Of a stretch of DNA of 64,000 nt, positions 63,833 through 64,000 are shown in pieces (the stretch's first letter is position 1; every line of letters begins with the position of its first letter). Made by a program: the position numbers and the translations under genes. The DNA is from Vicugna vicugna. Lineage: Eukaryota. The stretch is from NCBI GenBank assembly GCA_013265495.1, contig MU058687.1:2544001-2608000 (forward strand), given 5' to 3'. Below the pieces are notes generated by a model, which was not told where the DNA came from, ran no database searches, and saw only the letters and a list, made by a program, of their open reading frames with translations.

Positions 63833-64000
63833 TGTTAAGGACTGAACGTTTGTATCCCCCAAAATATGTTGAAATCCTAATTCCCAATGTGATGACATTC
63901 AGAGATGGGGCCTTTAGGAGGTAATTTGGTCATGAGGGTGAAGCCCTCGAATGGGATTAGTGCCCTTATAAAAGAGATCCCACGGAGTTCTCTCACCCTT
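63833..64000 (+). mobile_element. MaLR LTR 5' part (MLT1A/MST-like), running off the window
   Basis: tgttaaggactgaacgtttgtatcccccaaaa...ggggcctttaggaggtaatt...gggattagtgcccttataaaagaga. Confidence 0.8.

Noticed and set aside
1..64000. CRISPR array, operon or other prokaryotic-type system
   Set aside because: The DNA is mammalian, with spliced genes and mammalian repeats; no regularly spaced repeat-spacer array is visible.

Overview
Mammalian genomic DNA, most likely camelid (alpaca/camel), judged from three copies of a Vic-1-type tRNA-derived SINE. The window holds the complete VASH1 gene (vasohibin-1, tubulin detyrosinating carboxypeptidase) on the + strand: a CpG-island promoter at ~35.2-36.5 kb, 7 coding exons from 36914 to 51882 (1092 nt, 363 aa) and a ~4 kb 3' UTR ending near 55.93 kb. 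The last three coding exons and 3' UTR of ANGEL1 lie on the - strand, convergent with VASH1. The first ~35 kb is repeat-rich intergenic sequence (L1, L2, MIR, MaLR/ERV LTRs, hAT fossils). The most notable structure is that VASH1 introns 2 and 4 are minor-spliceosome (U12-type) introns bracketing an in-frame exon 3+4 block that carries the catalytic Cys. Other points of interest are a nested L1-in-L1 insertion with its TSD, a palindromic deletion junction, a 39-bp L1 tail placing an AATAAA inside an ANGEL1 intron, a possible ancient RTE-clade LINE fossil and convergent CTCF motifs around VASH1. I found no convincing previously undescribed gene system. Repeat family names come from recalled consensus sequences, not a database search, and repeat boundaries without TSDs are approximate.
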